Positions 39,307 through 49,525 of a stretch of DNA of 64,000 bases are shown piece after piece. How positions within the stretch are numbered: position 1 is the stretch's first letter; every line of letters begins with the position of its first letter. Origin of the DNA: an uncultured bacterium (GTDB lineage Bacteria; Verrucomicrobiota; Verrucomicrobiia; Limisphaerales; UBA8199); contig CAVVMW010000015.1 of assembly GCA_963749495.1 (NCBI GenBank), positions 224,001 through 288,000 of the forward strand, in the 5' to 3' direction. The position numbers and the translations under genes were made by a program. Below the pieces are notes generated by a model. The model was given only the letters and a program-made list of their open reading frames with translations, searched no databases and was not told where the DNA came from.

Positions 39307-42300
39307 GGGGTCGCCTCCGCTGTGGCGGTCACGTAAGCCGCGCCGCTGGCGAACTTGGCGAGCCGCTCCGTGAGCTTCTCGGCGGCGTCACCGGCCAGCG
39401 GGAGGCCCGGATTAAAGGTGAGGATGAAGGTTGCCTGCACGTCGCGTTCGCGGGCGGCGTTCAACTGCGGGACAAGGAAGTCCTTGACCGGGAGAGCATC
39501 GCTGGGCTGCCCCGTAAACTCAAGCTGCATCTCGCCGCCTTCCTGGGTGACGTAACCGCCTTTGAGTTTGGTTTGTTTGGTGCAACTTTTCTCGGCGTTG
39601 ACGCTGCCTAACATGCGGAAGGCGTCCGTTGCGTCAAAGAGGCGGACGCTCAAAACGTTGACTCTGGCGAATTTGGCGTTGCGGACCTTCTCCCAAAGCT
39701 CTCTTAGCGCGCCTTTAAGGACCCCCTCGGCGGTGATTGCGCCGGGCGGAGGAGGTGGCGGCGGTTGGGTGGGCGGCGGTTCGGGTGGCTGCTCCTGGAT
39801 TTCGCTCGGCTTCTGCGCTGGCGCGGGCGCGGGCCTCGGCCAGATGCCCTTTTCCTTTGCGAACTGCATTGTGAAGACGAACGATTGCTCGTCAATGATA
39901 ACGCTGGCCATCGGGTCGCCGGGGCCGCAGAGCAGTTCGCCACGCCGGTAGATGTAGTCGCCCTGCTGGATGCCCTGGGTTACAGCACGGATGAGAACGG
40001 AGTCGCTGGCGTGAATGGAAAGGGCGGGATCTTTGCGGAATTCATCCCGCAATGCCGCAGTGGAAATCTGGCCTTTTTTTAGGGGGGTGCGGTCGCGGAT
40101 GTAGCCTGGGGACTCGGCTGGGTCCTCGGAAAGGCGGAGTTTCTGGTTAGCGTTGTCGCGGAGGGTGCGGACGATCTGCTGCTGGCCGCTGCCGGGGCGC
40201 TCGGATGCGCTGTCAATGTCAACAGCGGCGTGGGCCAGGTCCACAGGGCTGCTTGGCATGCGCTGGCGCGAGGGGTAGAAGACGTGCCGGTAGCATTGCT
40301 GGATGGAAATTGCTGCATCCGCCTCTGACTTCGACTCCAATTCGCGGACCTTACGCTGCTGGTGCTCGGCGAGTTCGGCGATGCGCTCGGCTTTGATGAG
40401 TTCCTTGAGTGCGAGCCGGCGGACGATCTTCTTGCGCATTTCATTAATGCGGGTTTCGTCGGCAACGACGAAAACCAGGTGGTTGCGCAGGCCGCGCAAG
40501 CCTGCGCCGTCGGCGCCCTTACGCTCGAAAATACTGGCGATGAGGTTGGGCACAGTGTCGGCGGTCGCGCCAACGGCAGTGCCGTCGAAGGACATGACGG
40601 CGAGGCGCGGGCGGCCATTCCCTGCGTCATCGTCAACATCCCAGGGGCCGGCGGGGAATGGGACCATTTCAAAGACGGAACTGGATGTGCCGCCGAAAAT
40701 TGTTTTGATGCGGTCGTTTAAATCGGCGCGGGCCTGGCCGGAATCCACGTTTCCTTCCTCGCGGCGGATGATTTGGGTGAGGTTGGCCTCGGCCAGGAAC
40801 CGCAGCGGCACGCCGGGGCGGTCGTCGAGGTAGGCGGATTCGTCGCGGAAGCGTTTCCAAGCGGCGTCGATGAAGCTGATGTCGAAGGCGGGGCCGAGGA
40901 CGGAGAAACGTAGCCGCTCGGGCGAGAGGCCCTTCAATTGGTCATTGAAGGCGAGGCTGTGGAGGAAAACGGTGCGTGCGGTATACGTGGCGTACGGGGC
41001 AAGACCGGCGTAGTTTTTCTTGTCGATGTCCACGGCGAGGGGTTTTTTCATGCCGCCAATGATGTCGTGGTTTACCGCTGGAATGAATTCGGTGCGCCCG
41101 AGCTTGGTGAAAATCTCCTGGCGGATGGGTTCGAAGCCGAGATCGACATGGTGCAGGTGGATGGCGGTCGCGCCGGCGGGGCGGGTGGCCGAAAGCTGGG
41201 CGATGGTGCGAGCGAGCAGGCGGAGCATGCCGCGCACTCGTTGGAAATTGGCGAGGGTGGCAGTCTTGGTGGTGAGCGTCTCAAGGACTTCGGGATGCAG
41301 GGGATAACTGGCGCGGAAGGCTTCGCTGGTTTCTGGTCGGTTTGAGTCGGGTGGGAGCACTTCCTTGTTGGCGAGCCAGAGTGAGCGGTATGCCTCAATG
41401 GCGGGGGTTGCCTTGCCCTTGTCTATCCTGGCAAAGAGGCGGCGGAGGAGAACTTGAACGGTCTCGTAGTCCTCTGTCGGATTGAGGAGGGTTGCCTTGC
41501 GAGCGGAAATGCTCTCCGCCTCGGCCATCTTATCGGCGATAAATTGGTTTTCGGTGCTGTAGGCGTCGCTGGCCTTGCCCTCCTTGCCGATGGCGAGGGT
41601 GTAAACCAGGGCGACGCGGGGATTGCTCTCGACGGCCTTGAACAGGGACGTGAGGAAGGCGCTCAATTGCTCCCCGGCAGCGGTGCCGTGAAGGTTGCGT
41701 GCCTTCCGCAGATAAACGGAGAGCTCGTCCAGGAGGATGAGGGATGGCTCGCCGCCGAACAATTCGGCGAGGGTCTCGGCGCCAGGGGCCGTGTGGGTCT
41801 CGTCGCTCTTGCGGAGCCGGTCATAGCCGGCCTTGCCGGCGAGTGTGTAGGCGAGTTCGCCCCAAGGCGTGTGGGCAAGGATGCCGTCGCCCATGCTGCG
41901 CCCGTTTGCAGGGTCGGCGTTCTCGCCGTCAAAGGCGGCGATGCGGATTTTGCCGGTGGGAACGAGCTTCGGGTCGAGAAACTCAGCGACATCGGCAACG
42001 CCTTTCATGCCGTTGGCGGCGTGGGTCAGGGCGATAAGGCCGTGGGTCTTGCCGCCGCCATAGCTGGTATCGAGTCGGAAGATTGCGGCGACGGCGGCGC
42101 TGTCGCCCGTGAGCCGGCCCATGACATTGCGGAGCAGGTTTTGGAGGCCCTGCGTTGGGAAGGTGTTGGCGAAAAAACGGTCTGGTTTCTGGTAGTCGTC
42201 TGATGCGATGCCGCGAATGACTTTGGCCAGATCGGCGGCGAAATCAGCGTCGGCGATCGTTCCGGTGTGGACGTCCCCACGAGGCTCGCAGGTGTCGAAA

Positions 42301-42317
42301 ACGGTTGGCAGGCTCAT
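39303..42317 (-). CDS. DUF499 AAA+ ATPase
   Basis: FAADL..V..G, FFANTFPTQGL, LDTSYGGGKTH, LILLDEL, YPLHPE, NFQRVRGMLRLLA. Confidence 0.92.
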   Translation of the reverse strand: MSLPTVFDTCEPRGDVHTGTIADADFAADLAKVIRGIASDDYQKPDRFFANTFPTQGLQNLLRNVMGRLTGDSAAVAAIFRLDTSYGGGKTHGLIALTHAANGMKGVADVAEFLDPKLVPTGKIRIAAFDGENADPANGRSMGDGILAHTPWGELAYTLAGKAGYDRLRKSDETHTAPGAETLAELFGGEPSLILLDELSVYLRKARNLHGTAAGEQLSAFLTSLFKAVESNPRVALVYTLAIGKEGKASDAYSTENQFIADKMAEAESISARKATLLNPTEDYETVQVLLRRLFARIDKGKATPAIEAYRSLWLANKEVLPPDSNRPETSEAFRASYPLHPEVLETLTTKTATLANFQRVRGMLRLLARTIAQLSATRPAGATAIHLHHVDLGFEPIRQEIFTKLGRTEFIPAVNHDIIGGMKKPLAVDIDKKNYAGLAPYATYTARTVFLHSLAFNDQLKGLSPERLRFSVLGPAFDISFIDAAWKRFRDESAYLDDRPGVPLRFLAEANLTQIIRREEGNVDSGQARADLNDRIKTIFGGTSSSVFEMVPFPAGPWDVDDDAGNGRPRLAVMSFDGTAVGATADTVPNLIASIFERKGADGAGLRGLRNHLVFVVADETRINEMRKKIVRRLALKELIKAERIAELAEHQQRKVRELESKSEADAAISIQQCYRHVFYPSRQRMPSSPVDLAHAAVDIDSASERPGSGQQQIVRTLRDNANQKLRLSEDPAESPGYIRDRTPLKKGQISTAALRDEFRKDPALSIHASDSVLIRAVTQGIQQGDYIYRRGELLCGPGDPMASVIIDEQSFVFTMQFAKEKGIWPRPAPAPAQKPSEIQEQPPEPPPTQPPPPPPPGAITAEGVLKGALRELWEKVRNAKFARVNVLSVRLFDATDAFRMLGSVNAEKSCTKQTKLKGGYVTQEGGEMQLEFTGQPSDALPVKDFLVPQLNAARERDVQATFILTFNPGLPLAGDAAEKLTERLAKFASGAAYVTATAEATP

Positions 42318-42569
42318 AGGCTCGCATTGTTCCGAGGACGCATTGTGGAGTTTTTGGCGTTCTGTGGAAGCAAAATGTTTTTCGTCGCTTGGCAGCCGAT
42401 CGCAGCTTAAGCGGCTCGGCTATTCTGTCCGGTCACAGGTCAATCGAATCTTCGTTGCGCTGGCGGAAGTAATTGCGGAGGGCGTCGCGCAGGCGGATGC
42501 TCCGGAGGTCGTTGTGGTCCTCCAGGTGCGAGAGGCCCTGGGAATCGGGCTTGATGTCCGTCCGGGGGC

Positions 42570-42712
42570 TGAACTCAAAGGCTAAAGGCTAAAGGCTAAA
42601 GGCTAAGACAGCGGAGGCTGCTCAGGGCCGGTGCGGGCGTTGAACTCAAAGGCTAAAGGCTAAAGGCTGAAGGCTAAAGGCTAAGACAGCGGATCCCGCT
42701 TGGGGGCCGGTG
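42570..42712. repeat. Two tandem units each containing an AAAGGCT heptamer array (4 and 5 copies)
   Basis: TGAACTC-(AAAGGCT)4-AAGACAGCGGA...GGGCCGGTG, then TGAACTC-(AAAGGCT)5 (one GAAGGCT)-AAGACAGCGGA...GGGCCGGTG. Confidence 0.9.
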
Positions 42713-43120
42713 TATTTGGGGTTCGCCTTGGGCACGTGCCAGGAGTCATAAAAAGAGCAGTTCAGCCGCGAAAAGTCGCAAAAGTCGCAGAACATGAAGG
42801 GCTTGCGTGCAACGGGTCTGTCAACCGCCCCCCCGCCGCAAGCACCTTCGGGCACCAGCACGAAAAGCGTGCCAGCCCGGAACTCTGCGCTCCTCCCTCA
42901 GGCCCCAAAGTCCCCTGGCTCGCCACCCGCACCACGTAGGCCGTCTTCCGCATGTATCCCGAATTCAATGCAGCCTTTTTGCCCTCATCATGCCACACCC
43001 GGTGGGACAAATACTGTCCACCCGTCCTCTACTGTGATTGTATCTGTGCGGATGACCCCGCAATGAAAGGCGGCTGCCCCAATGCCGGCCAATCCCCCCG
43101 GGATCGCTGAGCGGCTCTGT

Positions 43121-43253
43121 CTTCCGCGTATTCCGCGTATTCCGCGGTTGCCCTCAGGATTCTGCCTTGGAAATAGGATTGGTTTCCATGGCTGGCGAGG
43201 CTGGCAAGGCTCCGAAGAAGAATGAACCGCGGAATACACGGAACACGCGGAAA
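43121..43253. repeat. Inverted 9-mer arrays
   Basis: TTCCGCGTATTCCGCGTATTCCGCGGTT ... AACCGCGGAATACACGGAACACGCGGAA. Confidence 0.7.
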
Positions 43254-43508
43254 TGAACAGGGCCAAAGCGCTCGGTTCTACCGAGCTGGAATGGACTTCC
43301 ACCCTGTCAAACAAATATCCCGCGCGCAAGAATCACCCCATTTTACCGAGGTTGTTGGGCCTTGTTGCGGGTCGTGTAGCGGGTCCGGCCTCAAAAATCC
43401 CCCGGTTCCATGCGCCTTGTAGCACTGTTGCGGGTCCATACCCCCTGCGCCCATAAGAAGGCGCTTCACTCTCTCTTGGCCTCGTGCCAGAATCGCAGCG
43501 ATGCACTG

Positions 43509-46109
43509 ATGATGAAGTTCCGAAGCTTATGTCGCATCCGTTGTCGTGCGAGCGTGGGCCGCGCCGCAACCCAATTGCTGGGTGGTTTTATCAGCCTGGC
43601 CTCGTTGGCTGGTCTGCCTCGGCCGGCGGGAGAGGCGATGCCACCCCGAGCAATCGAGCGGATCCTGGTTGCCCACGACACTTGTCCCGACGTGACCTGG
43701 GGCTGGACTGAAGAACAGACACGCCAGGCCTTTGCCGACCTGGTGCGTTCCCATCTGGACGAGATGCAGCGCACGGACGCTGGCCCGCAGGAAAGCCGGG
43801 ATCATTTCAATATGGCCACGACACAGGAGGCGCTCGATTTCATGGCCCGCTACCCGGCGCGCAAGGCGGAGTTGATACGGCGCATCCGGGAAGGGCGGAT
43901 CTGTGTGAGCCCGTTCCTCTGCAATTCCCTATGGGGCTTCCAGAGCGTGGAAGGGGCGCTGCGGACGCTGTATCCCGCCCGCCGGTTGGAGCGCGAGTGG
44001 AACATCCGCCTGGATGTGGCCGAGCACATCGAACTGCCCTCGCTGCCTTGGGGCATGGCCTCATTGCTCGCCGGCTGCGGGGTGCGCTGGGTCTCGAACC
44101 CGTTCCTGGATTATGACTGCACCTTCAAGGGGCTGAGGAATCCACCCCTCTTCCGCTGGGCAGGTCCGGATGGCAGCGAAGTGCGGGTGCGCCTGGACGC
44201 CTGGGCCAGCGAGCGCGCGAACTACGCCCAGGGCGCGCTTTTGCTCCGGGAACCCGCCCGGATCGCGAACGAATGGTTGCCGCATTACCGGCAGCTCGGC
44301 GCCGCTTACCCGCTCTCTACCATCCTGGCCAGCGGCACGCATTCGGACGTCTCACCCGAAAGCTGGAAACAGACTGGCGGCTTCTCCGAGGCCCTACAGC
44401 GATACAACGCCGCCGCAACCAACCCGGTGCGGTTGGTCAATGGCACCCTGGCCCAGTTCTGTGCCGAGGTGGATTCGGCGGAAGCCGGCGCACCGTTCCT
44501 GCCGGTATTGCGCGGCTGTTTTGGCCATTCGTGGGAGCTCTGGCCGGTGAGCCTCGCCCGGACCGTGGCGGAACTGCGGACGCAAGAACGTTCCTATCTC
44601 GCCGCGGAGTCGCTCATTGCCCTGGCAGCCCTCGAGCACCCTGAGTTGGCGGCTGCAACCCGCACCAATCGTGAGCAGGCCGAATGGTTCTGGGCGATGC
44701 TCTCGGACCATGCCTGGAACGGCGCCAATCCGAAGAACAAACGGCACAATGCGGCCTTGCGCCGACGTTGGGCAGAGGAATTGGGCGGCATCAGCCGCGA
44801 TCTGATGCAGCAGGCCTGGAAGGACCTTGAGCTCCAAGAGGATGAGCGTTTCATCACCGTGTTCAACCCTTTGAGCTTCACCAACGACGTGCTCGTGGTG
44901 TCTGACGCGCCCCCTGAGGCCCAAGGCATTGCGAGCTCCGGCCAGACCATCCCGGCGCAATTCGACGAAGGTGCGAACGGCCGCCAGGTGAGCTTTGTGG
45001 CCAAAGGCATCCCTCCGTTCGGATTCCGTGAGTTTGGCTTCACCCCCAAGAAGCCCGCGCCGAAACCTGCTCCTTTCAAAGCCGGCGCCGCAGAGCTTGA
45101 GGGCTCGTTCTACAAGCTCGGCGTGGCCGGCGATGGTTCGGGCATCGCCAGCCTGATTCACAAGGGCACAAGCCAGGAATTGGTCAATTCGACTGAACCG
45201 CGCCTCCTCGGCCAGGCGGTGTTCTACGACGGCGCCGAGCACAAGCTCGAACGGAGTTCCATCACAGGGGTGGCCTCTGGACTCGTCTTCGCGACTCTGC
45301 GGATCACTGGCGATCTGGGGCCTATCCGCGTCACCAACGACATCACCCTTTATGCCGAACTTGACCGGGTCGATCTCGATGTGCGCCTTGAAAAGCCTCC
45401 AAGCACCAACGAGCAACGGTTGCTCCACTTCTTCCCGTTCGGGGGCGGGCCCCGGGACTATCATATCGAGACAACCGGCGCAGTCATTCGCCCGGCGCCT
45501 CAGCCCGAGGGGGATTTGTTGCCGGGCGCCGACACTCGGCGGTTCGCCGTGCAGGGGTTCCTGGATATCTCGCCCGCCGATGCACGAGCCGGCCTGACCG
45601 TCTCATCCATTGAGGCCTTCATGCTGCGGCTGGACCAGGGTGCCCCCGCCTTCGAGCCTCTGGGCAACGATCAGAACTGGAAAGAGGTCACTCAGGACCA
45701 GGATGGGGTAAGACAGTTCCGTTTCCGCTACAGCCTGCGCGGGCACGGCCCCGGCTACAACAACGCTGCGGCGATGGCTTGGAGCCGATCCGTTCAAATG
45801 CCAGCGGTGCTTGCCAAGGGCCGCCTGCCAGGGCGCCGGCTGAATCGTCCTTTGCTTTATATCGATCCAGAGCGCGCGGTGGTGACCTGCTTCAAGCCCG
45901 TGGACGATCCGCAAGGCGCCGGGCTGCTGGTGCGGGTGTGGGAGACCGCCGGCTTCTCGGCTCCTATGCGGCTCGCAATGCCCCAGGCGCGCCGGGCGAT
46001 GCTCACGGACCTCCTGGAGCGGCCCCAAGGCCCGTTTCAGCCGGTGAAGGGCGGCATGGACCTGTCCCCACGGCCGCACGGCTTCATCGCGATTCAATGG
46101 GAGCGCTGA
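43509..46109 (+). CDS. Secreted GH38-like (alpha-mannosidase-type) glycoside hydrolase
   Basis: HDTCPDVTWGW in the HxDxxW position, LIRRIREGRI, LFRWAGPDGSEV, DHAW, TVFNPLSF, C-terminal FKP..LLVRVWET..TDLLE. Confidence 0.75.
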   Translation: MMKFRSLCRIRCRASVGRAATQLLGGFISLASLAGLPRPAGEAMPPRAIERILVAHDTCPDVTWGWTEEQTRQAFADLVRSHLDEMQRTDAGPQESRDHFNMATTQEALDFMARYPARKAELIRRIREGRICVSPFLCNSLWGFQSVEGALRTLYPARRLEREWNIRLDVAEHIELPSLPWGMASLLAGCGVRWVSNPFLDYDCTFKGLRNPPLFRWAGPDGSEVRVRLDAWASERANYAQGALLLREPARIANEWLPHYRQLGAAYPLSTILASGTHSDVSPESWKQTGGFSEALQRYNAAATNPVRLVNGTLAQFCAEVDSAEAGAPFLPVLRGCFGHSWELWPVSLARTVAELRTQERSYLAAESLIALAALEHPELAAATRTNREQAEWFWAMLSDHAWNGANPKNKRHNAALRRRWAEELGGISRDLMQQAWKDLELQEDERFITVFNPLSFTNDVLVVSDAPPEAQGIASSGQTIPAQFDEGANGRQVSFVAKGIPPFGFREFGFTPKKPAPKPAPFKAGAAELEGSFYKLGVAGDGSGIASLIHKGTSQELVNSTEPRLLGQAVFYDGAEHKLERSSITGVASGLVFATLRITGDLGPIRVTNDITLYAELDRVDLDVRLEKPPSTNEQRLLHFFPFGGGPRDYHIETTGAVIRPAPQPEGDLLPGADTRRFAVQGFLDISPADARAGLTVSSIEAFMLRLDQGAPAFEPLGNDQNWKEVTQDQDGVRQFRFRYSLRGHGPGYNNAAAMAWSRSVQMPAVLAKGRLPGRRLNRPLLYIDPERAVVTCFKPVDDPQGAGLLVRVWETAGFSAPMRLAMPQARRAMLTDLLERPQGPFQPVKGGMDLSPRPHGFIAIQWER

Positions 46110-46118
46110 TGAAGAGCA

Positions 46119-47260
46119 TCCTTGTTTGGATGCAAACACCGGAGCCGTCATCTGGTCTCAGGACTTGGTCAAGGAGTTTCAAGGCCGCGTCCCGGTTTAT
46201 GGGTATTGCTGTTCCCCGCTGGTCTATCGCGACCTGCTCATCCTGGAGGCAAACGCTCCCGGAGCATCCTTAATGGCGTTCAACAAGACCAATGGCGAGC
46301 CAGTCTGGAAACTCGCCGGAGGCGATGTCACTTGCGGCTCGCCGATTCTCACAAGAGTCGAGGGGCTGGACTGGGTGGTCTTCTCCGGCGGCGGCTCGAT
46401 TGTCGCCGCCGAGGCCGCGTCGGGGCGGCAACTCTGGCGCCGCGGCACCTGGGGCCACTGCTGGGTCGGCCCGGTGGTCTGGAGCAATCTCGTCTTCATG
46501 GCCAATGCCTCGTTGCCGCGGGGTTGCGGCGTTTTCGAGGTGAGGGACTTCAAACCCCAGGTGCTGTGGGAAGACCGGGCCAGGAAATTCCAGACCCTCC
46601 ACTGCAACGCGGTGATCTGGCAGGGCCACATCTACGGCGTGGACAACACCGGGACCGATTACCAAGGCACCGACTCGAAAAAATCCACGCTCAAGTGCCT
46701 CGACTTGCGGACCGGCGAGGTCAAGTGGGCCAGGGAGAAGGTCGGTTGGGGCAATGTGCTGGTTTGTGACGGCAAGCTCCTGCTCCTGCGCGAGACCGGC
46801 GAGCTCATCGTGGGCCTCGCCTCGCCGGACGCCTGGCATGAACTGGCGCGGGCCCAGGTCCTGCCGGGCCCCACCTGGTCGCCTCCGGCGATTTCCAACG
46901 GACGGTTGTTCTGCCGCAACAGAGCCGGCAGCGTCGTGTGTGTGCAGATTGCCGCGCCCCCAGGCTCGGTTCCGGACGATAGGATCGCGCGCGAGGCGCC
47001 ACCCGCTCAATCTCCGTCTGCCATAACTGCCCGGAACCCTCCCGCGCGTCAGGTGGCCGCAAAGACCGCTGGCTCGCAGACGGACGCAACAACCTCTGCG
47101 TGGAATCCGGACCGGACTAACTCGATAGCCCCTGCTGCTGCCGAGTGGCCCCGTTTTCGAGGTCCAGGCGGGCTCGGGAAATCCGCCGCAACCAACCTTC
47201 CCACGACCTGGGACGGGCGCAGTGGCAGAGGCGTACTCTGGAAGTCCGACGTGCCCGTGG
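46119..47260 (+). pseudogene. PQQ/BamB beta-propeller protein fragment, truncated at both ends
   Basis: Begins mid-repeat (CLDANTGAVIWSQDL). A second domain start (EWPRFRGPGGLG...LWKSDVP) is cut off at about 47260. Confidence 0.7.
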
Positions 47261-47456
47261 CCCGCGCCCGGCTCCATCAGCGGCTCTTCAATCACGGCCT
47301 GGTTCGTCCTTCCCGCCGGAAGTTCGACTTCTGCGACCCTCTGCAATGCGGGGAGCGTGATGGCTCTGGTTCAAAGTTGGATGCGCACCGGTTTGAGAAG
47401 GTTTTGGACTGCGGCAGTCCAAAACGCTTCGCGGGACGGGAACGCAGTGTCGAGGT

Positions 47457-48287
47457 TCAGGGGCGTTCGCTTGCAACGCGGCGTGGCGGTTCCAAGCCCG
47501 GCGAGTTGGTGTTCACTCCGGTTTTGGCGGCGGCAACCGGGTCTATCGCCAGCAAGGCACGGCCTGCCTGCGAACGCACTAGGCGGTCTGGATCCCTGAG
47601 CAATTCTGTCAACAGCGGGACCGCCGTTACAGCATTCGTTCCCAGACCCTCAAGGCCACGAGCAGCCTCAAGTCGAAACCTCGCGTCCGGGTCGCGCGCG
47701 GTAGCCGTGAACACGGGAAAAGCCCCTTCGGGTCGGACGCCTGAGAGCGCAACCATAGCCCAATACCGCAGCTCGGCATTGGTGCTGGCTGTGAGTTTCA
47801 AAATAGCAGGACCGGCGATCCTCGCTTCCGGGCCGATGTAGCGGAGCGAGAGGAGCGTCGCCCGCCGAGATTCGACCGATGTTTCTTCCTCCAGGATTTT
47901 GACTAGGCCCGGCACAGCATTCGTAGCGGAGCCGCGGAGGAACTCGAATCCCCATGCTCCTCGCATGTGCCATTGGGCGGCGGTGATATGCCCGATCCTG
48001 ACGCCGCACTTTTTTTGGAGGAGGTCAACAAAACGGCCCCACGGGGACTCCTTTGTCCGCAGCATCTTGAGGAGAACCGGGATTGCGTTGGTTCCTGCCG
48101 CCCTCACTGCTAATACTGGCGTGATCCGATCTTCGGGACCGGACGGCCAGTCCAAACCCGGCTGCATCCACCCGCTCAGCCGCTTCCCTTGATAAACCGG
48201 TTCGCGTGTGCGCGTTCCCTCCCATATCGCCAGCCCAAGGGCGACGAGCAGAACGGCAGCAAGCACGATATAAACCCGCTTCCGCAT
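47457..48287 (-). CDS. HEAT repeat protein with N-terminal membrane anchor
   Basis: TM helix, REPVYQGKRLSGW, GTNAIPVLLKML, AVPLLTELLRDPDRLVR. Confidence 0.85.
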   Translation of the reverse strand: MRKRVYIVLAAVLLVALGLAIWEGTRTREPVYQGKRLSGWMQPGLDWPSGPEDRITPVLAVRAAGTNAIPVLLKMLRTKESPWGRFVDLLQKKCGVRIGHITAAQWHMRGAWGFEFLRGSATNAVPGLVKILEEETSVESRRATLLSLRYIGPEARIAGPAILKLTASTNAELRYWAMVALSGVRPEGAFPVFTATARDPDARFRLEAARGLEGLGTNAVTAVPLLTELLRDPDRLVRSQAGRALLAIDPVAAAKTGVNTNSPGLEPPRRVASERP

Positions 48288-48337
48288 GGCCCGAATGTGC
48301 CGAAACTGTCCGGCCTGGCAACGCCATAATCGCAGAG

Positions 48338-48628
48338 TGGCGGGTGATCCCGGTTATCTGCGCCAGCAGGCGGAGGACATCGCGGACCGGCTCAAGCACC
48401 GCCGCCTGGGAGCGCACACGGTCCAGGTGAAGGTGCGCTACGGCGATTTCACCACGCTCACGCGCCAGATCACCGTGGAAGACCCGCTGACGGAGGCCAA
48501 GGAGATCTACCGGCTGGGATGTTTTCCTGCTGGGCCGGGAGAAGCTGGTGTCACGCCCGCTGCGGTTGCTGGGCCTTGGGGTGGCCAGCTTGCGGGAGCC
48601 AAGCGGGCGGCAACTGGTTTTGCTGTAG
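48338..48628 (+). pseudogene. dinB: DNA polymerase IV little-finger C-terminal fragment
   Basis: DRLKHRRLGAHTVQVKVRYGDFTTLTRQIT, then after a shift near 48525 PLRLLGLGVASL. Confidence 0.7.
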
Positions 48629-48840
48629 GGCATATTCGACTCGGAGCCGCCGCACCGGCGGTGTCTCCTGGTCCAGGTAGTCCTCGCCTCGGACTTCGGT
48701 GAGTCCGGCCGGCACCAACTCGCCCAATTCGCCCCGCACCAAGGGCCAGGGCATCTGCCCAGGTGGCTCGGACGGCTCGCGGCCCCGGCAAATCACCATG
48801 CCTTGAAACCGAAAGCCGGAAGACCGGGGCCAAGCCCGAA

Positions 48841-48929
48841 GGTTTTGGACTGCGCCAGTCCTCTGGCGCTTTCGTGTCCCTGGGGTCCAAAAAGCGGCAG
48901 AGGACTGCCGCAGTCCAAAACGCTTCGCG
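48841..48929. repeat. REP-like doublet (GGACTGC..CAGTCC family; other copies near 47401 and 30064)
   Basis: GTTTTGGACTGCGCCAGTCCTCTGGCGCTTT ... AAAGCGGCAGAGGACTGCCGCAGTCCAAAACGCTTCGCG. Confidence 0.8.
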
Positions 48930-49448
48930 TTGGGCGACGCCCTTCCGGTTGATGGTCCCCATGCCCGATGTCAACATCGTCGAGGCTCTCCACGCTTTCA
49001 GCACGGCGATGGCCTCTTGAGCCGAGGGCAGCGGGACCCGGGCCGGGGCAGCCCTGCGGAGGGCCTTTTGGCTGGCGGCCACGCTGGGGTCAGCGGCGAA
49101 ATAGACGTAATGGCCCTCGTGTTTTTCGCGCTGCAACCCCGGATGTTGATGGAACTGCCAGAGAAAGGAACGATTCGCCGGAAAATCAAAGGGCCGAACT
49201 CACCCCAACCGGCCTTCCCGGCGACACATACTGGGCCAGTTCGCCCTGGAGCTCACCCTAACCAATTGGGCCACAGCCAACTGCGTAATCACGCATTCTC
49301 CAACCGAATTTCGTGATCATAGGCGCGGCGTGTCCAGCCTGGAGTTATATCCAGTTGATCGCCAACAGCTTATGCAATAGTCCGCCCAAGCCGTGGCCCA
49401 ATGGTCACTATTTTGCCCGGCACCCTGCACGATTTCAGCAGAAAACCG

Positions 49449-49477
49449 TTGACACCATTTGGCATTTTTGGGAGACT
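49449..49477 (+). promoter_or_regulatory. Putative promoter TTGACA-N17-GAGACT
   Basis: Exact -35 and 17-bp spacer about 50 nt upstream of ATG 49526. Confidence 0.45.
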
Positions 49478-49525
49478 CTCCCCGGACCACACAGCAGTTA
49501 ACCAATTCAGGAAGCACTGAGATCT

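Noticed and set aside
42570..42712. Possible mini-CRISPR array
   Set aside because: Only two units, built from heptamer microsatellites; no unique spacers of regular length and no cas genes.
47260..47841. C-terminal third of the 571-aa ORF 46126..47841
   Set aside because: Read-through across a junction into REP sequence and the antisense strand of the HEAT gene.
49000..49136. Coding-like fragment (REKHEGHYVYFAADP...LPSAQEAIAVL)
   Set aside because: Too short to assign to any family without a search.
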